A stretch of DNA of 64,000 nucleotides. Origin: an uncultured Acidobacteriota bacterium (lineage in GTDB: Bacteria > Acidobacteriota > Thermoanaerobaculia > Multivoradales > UBA5704). Shown here piece after piece: positions 36,515 to 47,726 of the stretch. Within the stretch, counting starts at the first letter, position 1; every line of letters begins with the position of its first letter. Under the pieces are notes generated by a model. The model did not search any database, was not told where the DNA came from, and was given only the letters and a program-made list of their open reading frames with translations. Location: assembly GCA_963700145.1 (NCBI GenBank), contig OY969474.1:2080001-2144000 (forward strand). The letters run 5' to 3'. Position numbers and translations under genes: made by a program.

Positions 36515-37470
36515 CAGGAGAACCTCTCGCCGGGCTGGAGGCGCTCGCCGTTGGCGAAGGTGGCGGCGTCGAGCGCGCGGCGGCCGGGGCGCTGCAACGT
36601 TTCGATCCCGAGCGCCGTGCCGCCGCCGCAGGCGACCGCGAGACGGCCGCCGGCGAGGCCGAGGATGGTTCCCGGAGGGTCCTGCCGCGGCGTAGCCGCT
36701 TTCAAATCAACCGCGGCGACGAGCTTGACCGGCTCCTCGCGCAGCGTCGCCCAGAGGCCGGGCCAGGGGGTGTAGGCGCGCAGGCGGTCGAAGAGCGCCG
36801 GCCCCGGGAGCCTCCAGTCGGCGCGGCCGCTGGCGCGCGTCAGGCGCGGCGCGAAGGTGGCGTCCGCCTCGCGCTGCGGCGCCGGCGAGAGAGTCCCGGC
36901 TGCGAGCGCCGCGAGGGTGCGCACGACGAGGCCGGCGCCGCGCTCGGCCAGCCGGGCGCCGAGCTCCCCCGCCGTCTCCTCGGCGCCGATCGCCACCTCC
37001 TCCTGGAGGAGGATCGGGCCGGCGTCGAGCCCGGCCTCCATCTGCATCGTGGTGACGCCGGTCGTGCGGTCGCCGGCGGCGATCGCCGCCTGGATCGGCG
37101 CCGCGCCGCGCCAGCGCGGCAGGAGCGACGCGTGCAGGTTGATGCAGCCGTGGTCGGGGAGGTCGAGGAGGGCGCGCGGGAAGATCTGGCCGAAGGCGAC
37201 GACGACGGCGACCTCCGGCCGCAGGGCGGCGAGCTCGGCCAGGAAGGGCTCGGCGCGCACCTTCTCGGGCTGCAGCAGCGGCAACCCGAGCGCGCGGGCG
37301 CGGCGGGCGACCGGCGGCTCCTCGAGGCGCCGCCCGCGCCCCACCGGCCGCGCCGGCTGGCTCACCACCGCGACCGGCGCGCGCCCGGCGGCGACCAGCG
37401 CGTCGAGGGTCGGCAGCGCGAAGTCGGGCGTGCCGAAGAACACCACTCGCTCGAGCGCCTCCCCCGCCAT
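36514..37470 (-). CDS. fmt: Methionyl-tRNA formyltransferase
   Basis: GTPDFA, INLHASLLPRWRGAAPIQ, GLDAGP. Confidence 0.97.
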   Translation of the reverse strand: MAGEALERVVFFGTPDFALPTLDALVAAGRAPVAVVSQPARPVGRGRRLEEPPVARRARALGLPLLQPEKVRAEPFLAELAALRPEVAVVVAFGQIFPRALLDLPDHGCINLHASLLPRWRGAAPIQAAIAAGDRTTGVTTMQMEAGLDAGPILLQEEVAIGAEETAGELGARLAERGAGLVVRTLAALAAGTLSPAPQREADATFAPRLTRASGRADWRLPGPALFDRLRAYTPWPGLWATLREEPVKLVAAVDLKAATPRQDPPGTILGLAGGRLAVACGGGTALGIETLQRPGRRALDAATFANGERLQPGERFS

Positions 37471-37508
37471 GCGGGGATGGTAACGGAAGGGGATTAACGG
37501 TGAGGACT

Positions 37509-37587
37509 TGTCATTCCGAGCGCAGCGAGGAATCTGGGGGCCGGGCTTCGTCCCCCGCCCAGATCCCTCGCTACGCTCGGGATGACA
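37509..37587. repeat. Full palindromic REP-like element
   Basis: TGTCATTCCGAGCGCAGCGAGGAATCTGGG...CCCAGATCCCTCGCTACGCTCGGGATGACA. Confidence 0.88.
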
Positions 37588-37593
37588 TAGCGA

Positions 37594-38802
37594 TCAGTTT
37601 CCTGGATTCACCACCACAAACCGCCGCTCGCCCAGCAGCGTCGTGCCGCCGACGTCGTCCACCACGATCACCTGCAGGAAGTGCTCGCCGTTGGCGATCT
37701 TGGTCGTGTCGACCGCGAACACCCAGCCCGGCACCGCACTGTCCGGGTAGCCGGGGTAGAGCGACGACACCGCAGGTCGCACCAGGCTGAGCGTCGTCGA
37801 GCCGACGAGCACGCCGTCGACGTAGAAGTCGAGCCGCGACACCCCGTTGATGTCGAGCGCCCAGCCGTGGGCGGTCATGATGCCGCTGTACTGCTGGCCG
37901 TTGAGCGGCCCGCCGATCAAGCCGAAGGCGTCCTCGTTGCCCAGGTCCTCGTCGCAGATGAAGGAGACCGGGATGCTGTCGATGTTCGCCACCTGGCCGT
38001 TGAAGTCGCCCGCCCGCACGGTCAGCAGGTGATGGCCGGGCGTGTAGCCGAAGGCCATCAGCAGGCCGATGTCGAGCACGAAGCGGAAGCCGCTCTGCGG
38101 GCTGTCCTTGAGGCTGGGGAAGAAGGGCTGGATGTCCACGCGCCGCAGCCCGTAGCAGTTCGAGAGGCCGCCCGTGAGGGTCGAGAAGAAGCAGTCGGTC
38201 TTGCTGTTGGCGAACTCGCCGCCGTCGATCAGCAGCTCGACGTAGCCGACGCCGTGGTCGTCGGCCTGGACGCCGGCGTCGAGCGCGTAGCCGGAGATGA
38301 CCGAGTAACGGCGCGCCGCGGTGGCCAGGTTGCAGTGGCCGCGCAGCTCGGCGTTCTCGTTGGGGAACTCGATCCTGCCGAAGGGGGCGAGGTTGTGGGT
38401 GACGTTGCTGAACTGGAAGGTGCGCGAGCCCACGAACGCGAACTCGCCGGTCTTGCTCTTGACCCGCACGCTCACCGTGTGCAGGCCGTTGAGGTAGTGG
38501 GTGGTGTCGAGGCCGTAGGAGAAGCCGGCGGCCTTGGCGTCCGGGAAGGTCGGGAAGCGCGCCGCCACCCCCGGCCGGGCGCGGCCGTAGGCGGCGCGGC
38601 CGGCGATCACGCCGTCGACGAAGACGTCCACGGAGTCGACGCCGTTGTCGTCCAGAGCCCAGCCGAAGAGGGGGATGACCCCGGCGCCGGCGTTGCCGCC
38701 GCCCACGATGCCGCCGAAGGAGCCGAAGGGCGGGGCGGCGGCGGCCGGCAGCGCCGCCAGCAGGACAGCCCCGATCGTCGTCAGGAGGATCTTGCGCCGC
38801 AT
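37594..38802 (-). CDS. Secreted protein with three tandem Ig-like G(W/Y)ALD domains
   Basis: Signal peptide; three G(W/Y)ALD..GV..V...(V/I)DG...DT...NG.H repeats. Confidence 0.8.
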   Translation of the reverse strand: MRRKILLTTIGAVLLAALPAAAAPPFGSFGGIVGGGNAGAGVIPLFGWALDDNGVDSVDVFVDGVIAGRAAYGRARPGVAARFPTFPDAKAAGFSYGLDTTHYLNGLHTVSVRVKSKTGEFAFVGSRTFQFSNVTHNLAPFGRIEFPNENAELRGHCNLATAARRYSVISGYALDAGVQADDHGVGYVELLIDGGEFANSKTDCFFSTLTGGLSNCYGLRRVDIQPFFPSLKDSPQSGFRFVLDIGLLMAFGYTPGHHLLTVRAGDFNGQVANIDSIPVSFICDEDLGNEDAFGLIGGPLNGQQYSGIMTAHGWALDINGVSRLDFYVDGVLVGSTTLSLVRPAVSSLYPGYPDSAVPGWVFAVDTTKIANGEHFLQVIVVDDVGGTTLLGERRFVVVNPGN

Positions 38803-38928
38803 CGCTTGCCTCCGCCTCACACCGCGCCCGGGCCCTGCTGCGCCCCGCGCATAGAAGGCCTTGAATTTGTGAAGCTTTACTCGAAACAGTGGGCGGGATG
38901 TTAGCGACGCCAATAGCAGAAAGTCAAT

Positions 38929-39894
38929 TTAAGCTTGCTTTAAGCCCCCTAACCCCTGCAGATGGGCCTCGACGAGGAGCGGCAGGTGGGCCAGGTCGTA
39001 GCCTCCTTCGAGCACCGCCAGCACCCGTCCTTCGGCTACCTCTTCGGCCAGCTCCCCCAGCCAGGTTCCCCAGTCGGCGAAGCCGCGCTCGGTGACCGCG
39101 AGCCCGCCGAGCGGGTCGCCCTGCCAGGCGTCGAAGCCGGCCGAAAGCAGCAGGACCTCGGGGGCGAAGCGGCGGAGGGCCGGGAGCACGCGGCCGCGGA
39201 TCGCCTCCTCCAGCTCCTGGTCGCCGGCGCCGGCCGGCAGCGGCACGTTGAGGGTGAAGCCGGCGCCCGGGCCGGTGCCGGTCTCGGAGGCGGCGCCGGT
39301 GCCGGGGTAGAAGGGGTACTGGTGGGTGCTGGCGTAGAAGACGTCGGCGCGGGCCTCGAAGAGGTGCTGGGTGCCGTTGCCGTGGTGGACGTCGAAGTCG
39401 AAGATCGCCACCCGCCCGACGCCGTGCCGCGCCCGCAGGTGCTCGGCCGCCACCGCCACGTTGTTGAAGAAGCAGAAGCCCATGGCGGTGGCGCGCTCGG
39501 CGTGGTGCCCGGGCGGGCGGACGGCGGCGAAGGCGCGGCGGCCGGGGGCGGCGGCCACCCAGTCGGCCGCCGCGAGCGTCGCCTCGACCGCCCCCCAGGC
39601 GCCGCGCCAGGTGCCGGTCGAGAGCGGGTTGTCGGCCGAGTCGAGGAGGCCGTCGCCCCGCTCGACGGCGCGCCGGAAGCGGTCGACGTACTCCGGGGCG
39701 TGCAGGCGGACGACCGCCTCGCGGCTGGCCGGCGCCGGCTCGTCCGTAGCAGCACCGGCGGGGGCCGCCGGCTCGACGATCGGATAGCCCCGCTGCCGCA
39801 GGTGCGCGACGACGGAGGCCAGCCGCTCCGGTCGCTCCGGGTAGCCACGCGGCGCCGTGTGCTCCAGGCACCGGCTGTCGGTGAAGACCTGCAC
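38929..39894 (-). CDS. Histone deacetylase family Zn amidohydrolase
   Basis: RPPGHHA, GFCFFNN, DFDVHHGNGT, SAGFD, LEGGY. Confidence 0.95.
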   Translation of the reverse strand: MQVFTDSRCLEHTAPRGYPERPERLASVVAHLRQRGYPIVEPAAPAGAATDEPAPASREAVVRLHAPEYVDRFRRAVERGDGLLDSADNPLSTGTWRGAWGAVEATLAAADWVAAAPGRRAFAAVRPPGHHAERATAMGFCFFNNVAVAAEHLRARHGVGRVAIFDFDVHHGNGTQHLFEARADVFYASTHQYPFYPGTGAASETGTGPGAGFTLNVPLPAGAGDQELEEAIRGRVLPALRRFAPEVLLLSAGFDAWQGDPLGGLAVTERGFADWGTWLGELAEEVAEGRVLAVLEGGYDLAHLPLLVEAHLQGLGGLKQA

Positions 39895-39905
39895 GGCGCG
39901 CGATC

Positions 39906-40514
39906 CTAGCCGGGCGCCGCGATTTCCGCTTCCTGCGCCGCCAGCCGCCGCTTCATGCGGTGGAGGATCGAGGCGACGCTGCCGGGCGCCAGCCGGCCCC
40001 CCGCCGCGCGCGAGATCTCGCGGCAGGTCCAGCCTTCGAGGACGGCGAGCTCCAGGATGAAGGCGTCGCGCCCCGCCCGCGCTCCCGGCCGGGCGGCGGC
40101 GCGGCAGCGGGCCCGCGCCTCCAGCCGCCGCTCGACGGCGAGGAGGCGGTCCTCCGGCGTGCCCGCGGGATCGGCCGCCCGCTCCGCCAGCTCGTCGGGG
40201 CAGAGCTCGACGATCCGGCCGCCGCCGCGCTTGCCGGCGCCGGCGGTGCGCAGCTGGTCGAGCACCACCCGCTCGGCGACCCGCCCGAGGTAGGCGGCGA
40301 GCGTCCGCTCCCCCGCCGCCGCGCGGCAGGCCGCGAGCCGCCGGCCGCCCGCGGCGAGGAGGCGACAGTAGACCTCCTGCACCATCTCCTCGACCTGCTC
40401 CGCCCGCACCCGCGCGCCGGCCCCGGCGAGCGTCTGCCGCACGCGCCGCCGCAGCCCGGCGCCGTGGCGCTCGACGAGCGCCGTCCAACCCAGTTCACCA
40501 AGCGTCGTGTCCAT
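39906..40514 (-). CDS. ECF-type sigma-70 family factor
   Basis: Sigma2-like (EEMVQEVY, AYL..VA...VLD.LR) and sigma4-like (EGWTCREIS...VASILHRMKRRL) regions. Confidence 0.8.
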   Translation of the reverse strand: MDTTLGELGWTALVERHGAGLRRRVRQTLAGAGARVRAEQVEEMVQEVYCRLLAAGGRRLAACRAAAGERTLAAYLGRVAERVVLDQLRTAGAGKRGGGRIVELCPDELAERAADPAGTPEDRLLAVERRLEARARCRAAARPGARAGRDAFILELAVLEGWTCREISRAAGGRLAPGSVASILHRMKRRLAAQEAEIAAPG

Positions 40515-40616
40515 CTCCGCTCCTTTCTGGAGCGGAGGCGGGAAACCTGTGGATGGAGCGCGCGGGCGGGCGCCCGCGGACAGGAGAGATCGCTAGTGTA
40601 CCATCCGCCCTCCCGC

Positions 40617-42011
40617 ATGCGCCGTCCGCGTCTCGCCCTCGCCTTTCTCCTTCTCCTGTTCTCCCTCGTCGCCTGCCGCGGCCGCGGCGCCGAAAAGGAC
40701 GCCGTGCCTCCCCTCGCCGGCGCGGCGCGGGGGTGGAACGTCCTGCTGCTCTCGATCGACACCCTGCGCGCCGACCGCCTCGGCGCCTACGGCTACGCCG
40801 CGCGGCCGAACAGCCCGCGGCTCGACGCCCTCCTCGGCTCGGGGGTGCGCTTCGCGGCGGCGATGGCGCCGCGCGCCAGCACCTGGCCGGCGCTGGCCTC
40901 GACCCTGACCGGCCTCTACCCGGTGGCGCACGGCGTGCTCGAGAACGGCTACGCCTTCCCGGAGGCGCTCCCCACCCTCCCCAAGCGCCTGCACGGCGCG
41001 GGCTACGAGACCGGCGCCTTCCTCTCCAACATGTGCCGCGCCGGGCACCGCGGCTGGGACGCCTTCGCGTGCAGCGGCGGCGAGGACGGCAAGACGGTGC
41101 GGCGGGCGGTCGAGTGGGCGCGGGGGCGGGGGGGCGAGCGGCCGTTCCTGCTCTGGGTCCACCTCTTCGGCGCCCACTCCCCCTACTACAACGGCGGCGA
41201 CGGCGCGGCGCGGCTCGACCCCGGCTACCGCGGGCCCGTCGGCCCCAAGAAGTGGCAGCTCGACCGCATCATGCGCGAGCGGCTGCCGCTCGGCCCGCGC
41301 GACGTCGCCCACCTCGACGCGCTCTACGACGCGGCGGTGGCGGGGAGCGATCGGCTGGCCGGGAACCTCCTCGACGGCCTGCGCGAGGCCGGAAAGCTGG
41401 AGCGGACGGTCGTCGTCTTCCTCTCCGACCACGGCGAGGAGCTCTACGACCACCACGGCTACCTCTACCACGCCTGCTCGGTCTACCAGGCGGGCCTCCA
41501 CGTGCCGCTCGGGATCGCCGCGCCGGGCCTGCTGCCGGCGGGCGGGGTGGCGCGCGACACCGTCGAGCTGGTGGACGTGGCGCCGACGCTCCTCGCCCTC
41601 CTCGGCCTGCCGCCGTTCGGCGAGACGCAGGGACGGTCGCTCCTGCCGCTCCTCGAGCGGCCGGCGGCGGAGCGGGAGGAGCGGCCGGCCTTCTCGCAGT
41701 ACGGCGCCGAGCCGCTCCACACCGTGCTGGCCGGCGGCTGGAAGCTGGTCTACAACCCGCGCGGCTTCTCCCCGGTCTGCATCCCCGGCGCGCCGCCCGA
41801 CCACTTCCCCATCGCCCGCGCCGAGCTCTACGACCTGGCGCGCGACCCCGGCGAGACCGCGAACCTCGCCGAGCGCGAGCCGGCGCGGGTGACGCGCCTG
41901 GCGCGGCTCATCCGCCAGCGCTTCGCCGGCGTGCGCAACCGCGCCGTGCGCCAGGAGCTGCCCGAGCAGCTTGAGGAGGAACTCAAGAGCCTCGGGTACG
42001 CGGTGCCGTGA
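40617..42011 (+). CDS. Sulfatase-like / alkaline phosphatase superfamily lipoprotein
   Basis: Lipobox LVAC, NVLLLSIDTLRAD, TWPAL at the nucleophile site, SDHGE, ELYDL..DPGE..NL, LKSLGY. Confidence 0.88.
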   Translation: MRRPRLALAFLLLLFSLVACRGRGAEKDAVPPLAGAARGWNVLLLSIDTLRADRLGAYGYAARPNSPRLDALLGSGVRFAAAMAPRASTWPALASTLTGLYPVAHGVLENGYAFPEALPTLPKRLHGAGYETGAFLSNMCRAGHRGWDAFACSGGEDGKTVRRAVEWARGRGGERPFLLWVHLFGAHSPYYNGGDGAARLDPGYRGPVGPKKWQLDRIMRERLPLGPRDVAHLDALYDAAVAGSDRLAGNLLDGLREAGKLERTVVVFLSDHGEELYDHHGYLYHACSVYQAGLHVPLGIAAPGLLPAGGVARDTVELVDVAPTLLALLGLPPFGETQGRSLLPLLERPAAEREERPAFSQYGAEPLHTVLAGGWKLVYNPRGFSPVCIPGAPPDHFPIARAELYDLARDPGETANLAEREPARVTRLARLIRQRFAGVRNRAVRQELPEQLEEELKSLGYAVP

Positions 42012-42043
42012 AAAAACGCCCGGCACGTAGGCCGGGCGCTACG
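42011..42043. repeat. GTAG-type hairpin repeat
   Basis: 32 of 33 nt identical to 2497-2529. Confidence 0.8.
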
Positions 42044-42049
42044 GGAACG

Positions 42050-42078
42050 TTGACTTGCTACCGTCGGTTCAATAGGAT
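42050..42078 (+). promoter_or_regulatory. Sigma70 promoter of the tRNA-Val/Asp-rpmG operon
   Basis: TTGACT-17 nt-TAGGAT. Confidence 0.7.
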
Positions 42079-42097
42079 GGACTGCCTTGGAGGCGAG

Positions 42098-42173
42098 GGG
42101 AGGTTAGCTCAGCGGTCAGAGCACCTGCCTTACACGCAGGGGGTCGCGGGTTCGATTCCCTCACCTCCCACCA
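42098..42173 (+). tRNA. tRNA-Val (TAC)
   Basis: GGGAGGTTAGCTCAG...CTTACAC...GGTTCGATTCC...ACCTCCCACCA. Confidence 0.95.
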
Positions 42174-42206
42174 GCACGGCGGCTGGCGCCGCCAAACCCA
42201 GAACGC

Positions 42207-42283
<77 letters not shown>

Positions 42284-42308
42284 TTTACCACCCGCTGGAG
42301 AGACGACG

Positions 42309-42464
42309 ATGCGCGACAAGATCAAGCTGGTTTCGAGCGCCGGGACCGGCTACTACTACACGACGAGCAAGAACAAGAAGGCTTCGACCGAGAAGCTGCG
42401 CCTGAAGAAGTACGACCCCAAGGTGCGCAAGCACGTCGAGTTCGTCGAAGAGAAGCTGCGCTAG
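42309..42464 (+). CDS. rpmG: 50S ribosomal protein L33 (Cys-free form)
   Basis: [22 protein letters not shown]...[13 protein letters not shown]. Confidence 0.96.
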   Translation: MRDKIKLVSSAGTGYYYTTSKNKKASTEKLRLKKYDPKVRKHVEFVEEKLR

Positions 42465-42474
42465 GAGGCCCCCC

Positions 42475-43081
42475 ATGCACGAGCTCCCCCCTGCCCTACG
42501 CCTTCGACGCGCTCGAGCCGCACATCGACGCGCAGACGATGCAGATCCACCACGACAAGCACCACGCCACCTACGTCACCAAGCTCAACGAGGCGCTGCA
42601 GGCGCACGCGGACCTCCAGGCGAAGAGCGTCGAGGACCTCCTCCGCGGCTTCGACGCCGTCCCGCAGGCGATCCAGACCGCGGTCAAGAACCACGGCGGC
42701 GGCCACGCCAACCACTCCCTCTTCTGGCAGGTGATGGGCCCCGGCGGCGGCGGCGAGCCGGACGGGGACCTGGCCACGGCCCTCACCGAGCAGTTCGGGG
42801 GCTTCCAGCCGTTCAAGGAGAAGCTGACCAACGCCGCCGCCAACCAGTTCGGCTCCGGCTGGGGGTGGCTGGTCTTCTCGAACGGCAACCTGGAGGTCGT
42901 CGCCAAGCCCAACCAGGACAGCCCGCTGATGGAGGGGAAGACCCCGCTCCTCGGCGTCGACGTCTGGGAGCACGCCTACTACCTCAAGTACCAGAACCGC
43001 CGCCCGGACTACCTCGCCGCCTGGTGGAACACGGTGCGCTGGTCCGAGGTCGCCGACCGCCTCCGCCGCGCCCGCGGCTGA
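42475..43081 (+). CDS. sodA: Fe/Mn superoxide dismutase with an apparent frameshift in a C run near 42486-42491
   Basis: MHELP and [25 protein letters not shown] are in different frames; [22 protein letters not shown]. Confidence 0.9.
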
Positions 43082-43327
43082 CGCCGGTCCCCCAAACCCC
43101 CCGTTTCGCCCCCGACGGCCGGCCCAGAGCCGGCCGTTTCGTTTCCCGCCCGAAAACGGCTAACTCTTCGTTATAGAGAAGTTTGCACATCTCTGCCCTG
43201 GCTGTGAGCGGCAAAAGTCGCGCACGTGCGCGTGTTGCCAATTCCTTTTCAACTCGGGTCGGGGTACGATGGACCGCAGCATCACGAGACGGCGCAGCGC
43301 CTCTCGAATCTGGGGGGAAACAGCCCG

Positions 43328-43651
43328 ATGGCCAGCATCGACCGCAGTCACGGCTTCGGACGCGAGGAGAGGCACCTCACGAAGGTCTTCAAGGCCCTCT
43401 CCGACGGCACGCGCCAGGAGATCCTGCGGCTCCTCGAGACGCAGCAGCGCACCGTGGGCGAGATCGTGGGCAACTTCAACCTCTCCCAGCCGACCATCTC
43501 CCGGCACCTCTCGGTGCTCAAGGAGGCGGATCTGGTCCTCGACCAGCGGCACGGCCAGAACGTCATCTACCGCCTCAACAACGAGGCCCTCTCCGGCTCG
43601 ATGCAGGAGTTCTTCGGGCAGTTCCGCAGCTGTCAGGAAGTCCTCCGCTAA
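43328..43651 (+). CDS. ArsR/SmtB family transcriptional regulator
   Basis: VFKALSD.TR.EIL, LSQPTISRHL.VLKEADLV. Confidence 0.92.
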   Translation: MASIDRSHGFGREERHLTKVFKALSDGTRQEILRLLETQQRTVGEIVGNFNLSQPTISRHLSVLKEADLVLDQRHGQNVIYRLNNEALSGSMQEFFGQFRSCQEVLR

Positions 43652-43660
43652 GCGGCGGGT

Positions 43661-43669
43661 TGGTATAAT
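43661..43669 (+). promoter_or_regulatory. Extended -10 promoter for tRNA-Met
   Basis: TGgTATAAT. Confidence 0.65.
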
Positions 43670-43719
43670 CCCGCGCCCGACCGCCCGGCACCCGCCGGGC
43701 GGTCCGTCGTTGTCTCCGT

Positions 43720-43795
43720 GGCGGTGTAGCTCAGTTGGTAGAGCAAGCGGCTCATATCCGCTGCGTCAGGGGTTCGAGTCCCTTCACCGCCACCA
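43720..43795 (+). tRNA. tRNA with CAT anticodon, most likely elongator Met
   Basis: GGCGGTG/CACCGCC acceptor stem, CTCATAT loop, paired 1:72 position, CCA end. Confidence 0.92.
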
Positions 43796-43796
43796 T

Positions 43797-43880
43797 CCCT
43801 CGCTTTGCTCGGTCTGTTGGCAGTGAAGGGACTCGGTGGCCCACCGCTCGCTGCGCTCGCGGAGGGCGGAGCGAGTCCCG
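43797..43880 (+). repeat. tRNA-linked structured repeat
   Basis: Homologous to the element 3' of tRNA-Gly. Confidence 0.6.
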
Positions 43881-43896
43881 GCCATGACCCCTCGCA

Positions 43897-43930
43897 TGTC
43901 ATCCTGAGCGAGAGCGAAGGATCTGGGCGG
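43897..43930. repeat. REP-like half element
   Basis: TGTCATCCTGAGCGAGAGCGAAGGATCTGGG. Confidence 0.8.
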
Positions 43931-43959
43931 GCGGGTGGCGCGGCAACCTCTGACTACCT

Positions 43960-45024
43960 GTGACTCTGGAAGCCACACTGGAGCGCTTTTTCGGCGAGAA
44001 GGCACCGCTCGCCGCGGAGGAGGGCGTGCTGGTGGCCTTCTCCGGGGGCACGGATTCGACGGCTCTGCTTTGGGGGATGACGCGGCTGACGGCACGCCGG
44101 GACTGCCGGCTCTACGCCGCTCACCTGGACCATGGGATGGATCCTGAGTCCGCCGTGCGTGCCGCGGCAGCGGCGCGGACGGCGGAGAGGCTCGGCGTGC
44201 CGTTCCGCCAGGAACGGCGCGACGTGACCCGGCGACGCGGGGAGAGCCGTGAGGAGGCCGCACGCCGCGTCCGCTACGCCTTTCTAGAGGAGATGCGGGC
44301 GGCGGTGGGGGCGCGGTGGGTGGCTACGGCGCATCATCGGGACGATCAGGCGGAGACGGTGCTCGTGCGGATGCGGCAGGGGAGCGGGGTGACGGGGCTG
44401 GGGGGGATCCGGGCGGTGCAGGGGCGGGTGGTGCGGCCGTTGTTGGAGGTGCCGCGGGCGGTGTTGGTGGAGGCGGTGCGGGGGGCGGGGATCGCGGCGC
44501 TCGACGATCCGACGAACCGCGACCTGGCGGCGGCGCGGAACCTCGTGCGGCATCGGCTGCTGCCCGCGCTCTCTGCAGAGGACCCCGATGTCGCCGCGCG
44601 GCTGGCGCGGCTGGCCGCGGCGGCGCAACGGGCCGAGGGAGTCATTGCGCGGCGGCTGGCGCCGCTGCTCGATGGCACGGCGGCCGTGCCCGGCGGGGTG
44701 GCGGTGCGCGCCGGGGAGCTGTTCGCGCTGCCGGAGGCGCTCCTGCCGTTTGCGCTCGCCGCGCTGCATCGGCGCGCCGGCGCGCCGTACCCGGCCGGCG
44801 GGGCGGCGCGGCGCGAGCTGCTGCGGCAGCTCGCGCGCGGCGCGCGCGTCGGCTGCGACTGCGGCCGCGGCTGGCGCTGGGAGCGGCGGCGCGAGCTGCT
44901 GGTGCTGCGCCGCGCGGCGCCCGCCGCGCCGCCGCGGACGCCGTCGGCCTTCGCTTATACTCTCGACGCCCCTGCCCATCCCGAGCGCCGACCGCCGGGG
45001 TCGTCGGGACCCGCGAGCCGATGA
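43960..45024 (+). CDS. tilS: tRNA(Ile)-lysidine synthetase (short C-terminus)
   Basis: VAFSGGTDS, EEAARRVRY, TAHHRDDQAET, RPLL, DPTN. Confidence 0.95.
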   Translation: MTLEATLERFFGEKAPLAAEEGVLVAFSGGTDSTALLWGMTRLTARRDCRLYAAHLDHGMDPESAVRAAAAARTAERLGVPFRQERRDVTRRRGESREEAARRVRYAFLEEMRAAVGARWVATAHHRDDQAETVLVRMRQGSGVTGLGGIRAVQGRVVRPLLEVPRAVLVEAVRGAGIAALDDPTNRDLAAARNLVRHRLLPALSAEDPDVAARLARLAAAAQRAEGVIARRLAPLLDGTAAVPGGVAVRAGELFALPEALLPFALAALHRRAGAPYPAGGAARRELLRQLARGARVGCDCGRGWRWERRRELLVLRRAAPAAPPRTPSAFAYTLDAPAHPERRPPGSSGPASR

Positions 45025-45572
45025 GCGCCGACGCCAACCAGTCTCTGCCGAGCCCCCCTGTCGAGCCGCTCTTCGACGCCCCCGCCCTGGCGGCGCGCGT
45101 CGCCGAGCTGGGGCGGGAGATCGAGCGCGACCTGGCGCCCGAGGACCCGCTCCTCCTCGCCCTCCTCGGCGGCTCGGTCGTCTTCCTGGCCGACCTCGTG
45201 CGCGCGATCGAGCGGCCGCTGCGCTTCGAGTTCGTCTCGGTCGGCGCCTCCGACGCCCCCGACGCCGAGATCACCGACCTCCTCTACCCCATCCCCGTCG
45301 AGCTCGCCGGGCAGAGCGTGCTGCTGATCAAGGACGTGGTGGCCTCCGGCATCGTCGAGAGCTATCTGCAGCAGCAGATCCGCAGCCGCGGCGCCGCCTC
45401 GGTGCGCTTCGCCGTCTTGATCGACCTGCCTGAGGAGCGGAAGACCGAGCTGCACGTCGACTACCGCGCCTTCAGCGCCCGCCGCGTCGGGACGCTGGTC
45501 GGCTACGGCCTCAAATACCAGGGGCGCTGGGGCAACCTGCCGTTCGTCGGCCGGCTGGCGCCGGGGGCCTGA
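45021..45572 (+). CDS. hpt: HPRT-like phosphoribosyltransferase with degenerate catalytic motifs
   Basis: tilS-hpt-ftsH synteny; F.ADL.R, VGYGL and NLPF retained. Confidence 0.8.
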   Translation: MSADANQSLPSPPVEPLFDAPALAARVAELGREIERDLAPEDPLLLALLGGSVVFLADLVRAIERPLRFEFVSVGASDAPDAEITDLLYPIPVELAGQSVLLIKDVVASGIVESYLQQQIRSRGAASVRFAVLIDLPEERKTELHVDYRAFSARRVGTLVGYGLKYQGRWGNLPFVGRLAPGA

Positions 45573-45629
45573 GGTCCCGCGAGTGGAATCCTTGCCACGG
45601 ATCGATCGTTACTCTGGCGGGAGAGCACG

Positions 45630-47627
<1,998 letters not shown>

Positions 47628-47650
47628 CCCGGCCGCGTCCAGCGGCGCGG

Positions 47651-47685
47651 GTCATCCTGAGCGAGCGCAGCGAGCGAAGGATCTC
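47651..47685. repeat. REP-like half element
   Basis: GTCATCCTGAGCGAGCGCAGCGAGCGAAGGATCTC. Confidence 0.75.
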
Positions 47686-47726
47686 AGCAGGGTACACTTG
47701 GGGGCCGGCGCGAACGCCGCCCGTGC

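Noticed and set aside
31476-40514. Shared MDTT start (GTCGTGTCCAT) in the coiled-coil gene and the ECF sigma gene
   Set aside because: Only 11 nt match with no further similarity; probably chance.
43720-43795. tRNA-Ile2 assignment based on adjacency to tilS
   Set aside because: The GGCGGTG acceptor stem fits elongator Met better; not fully excluded.
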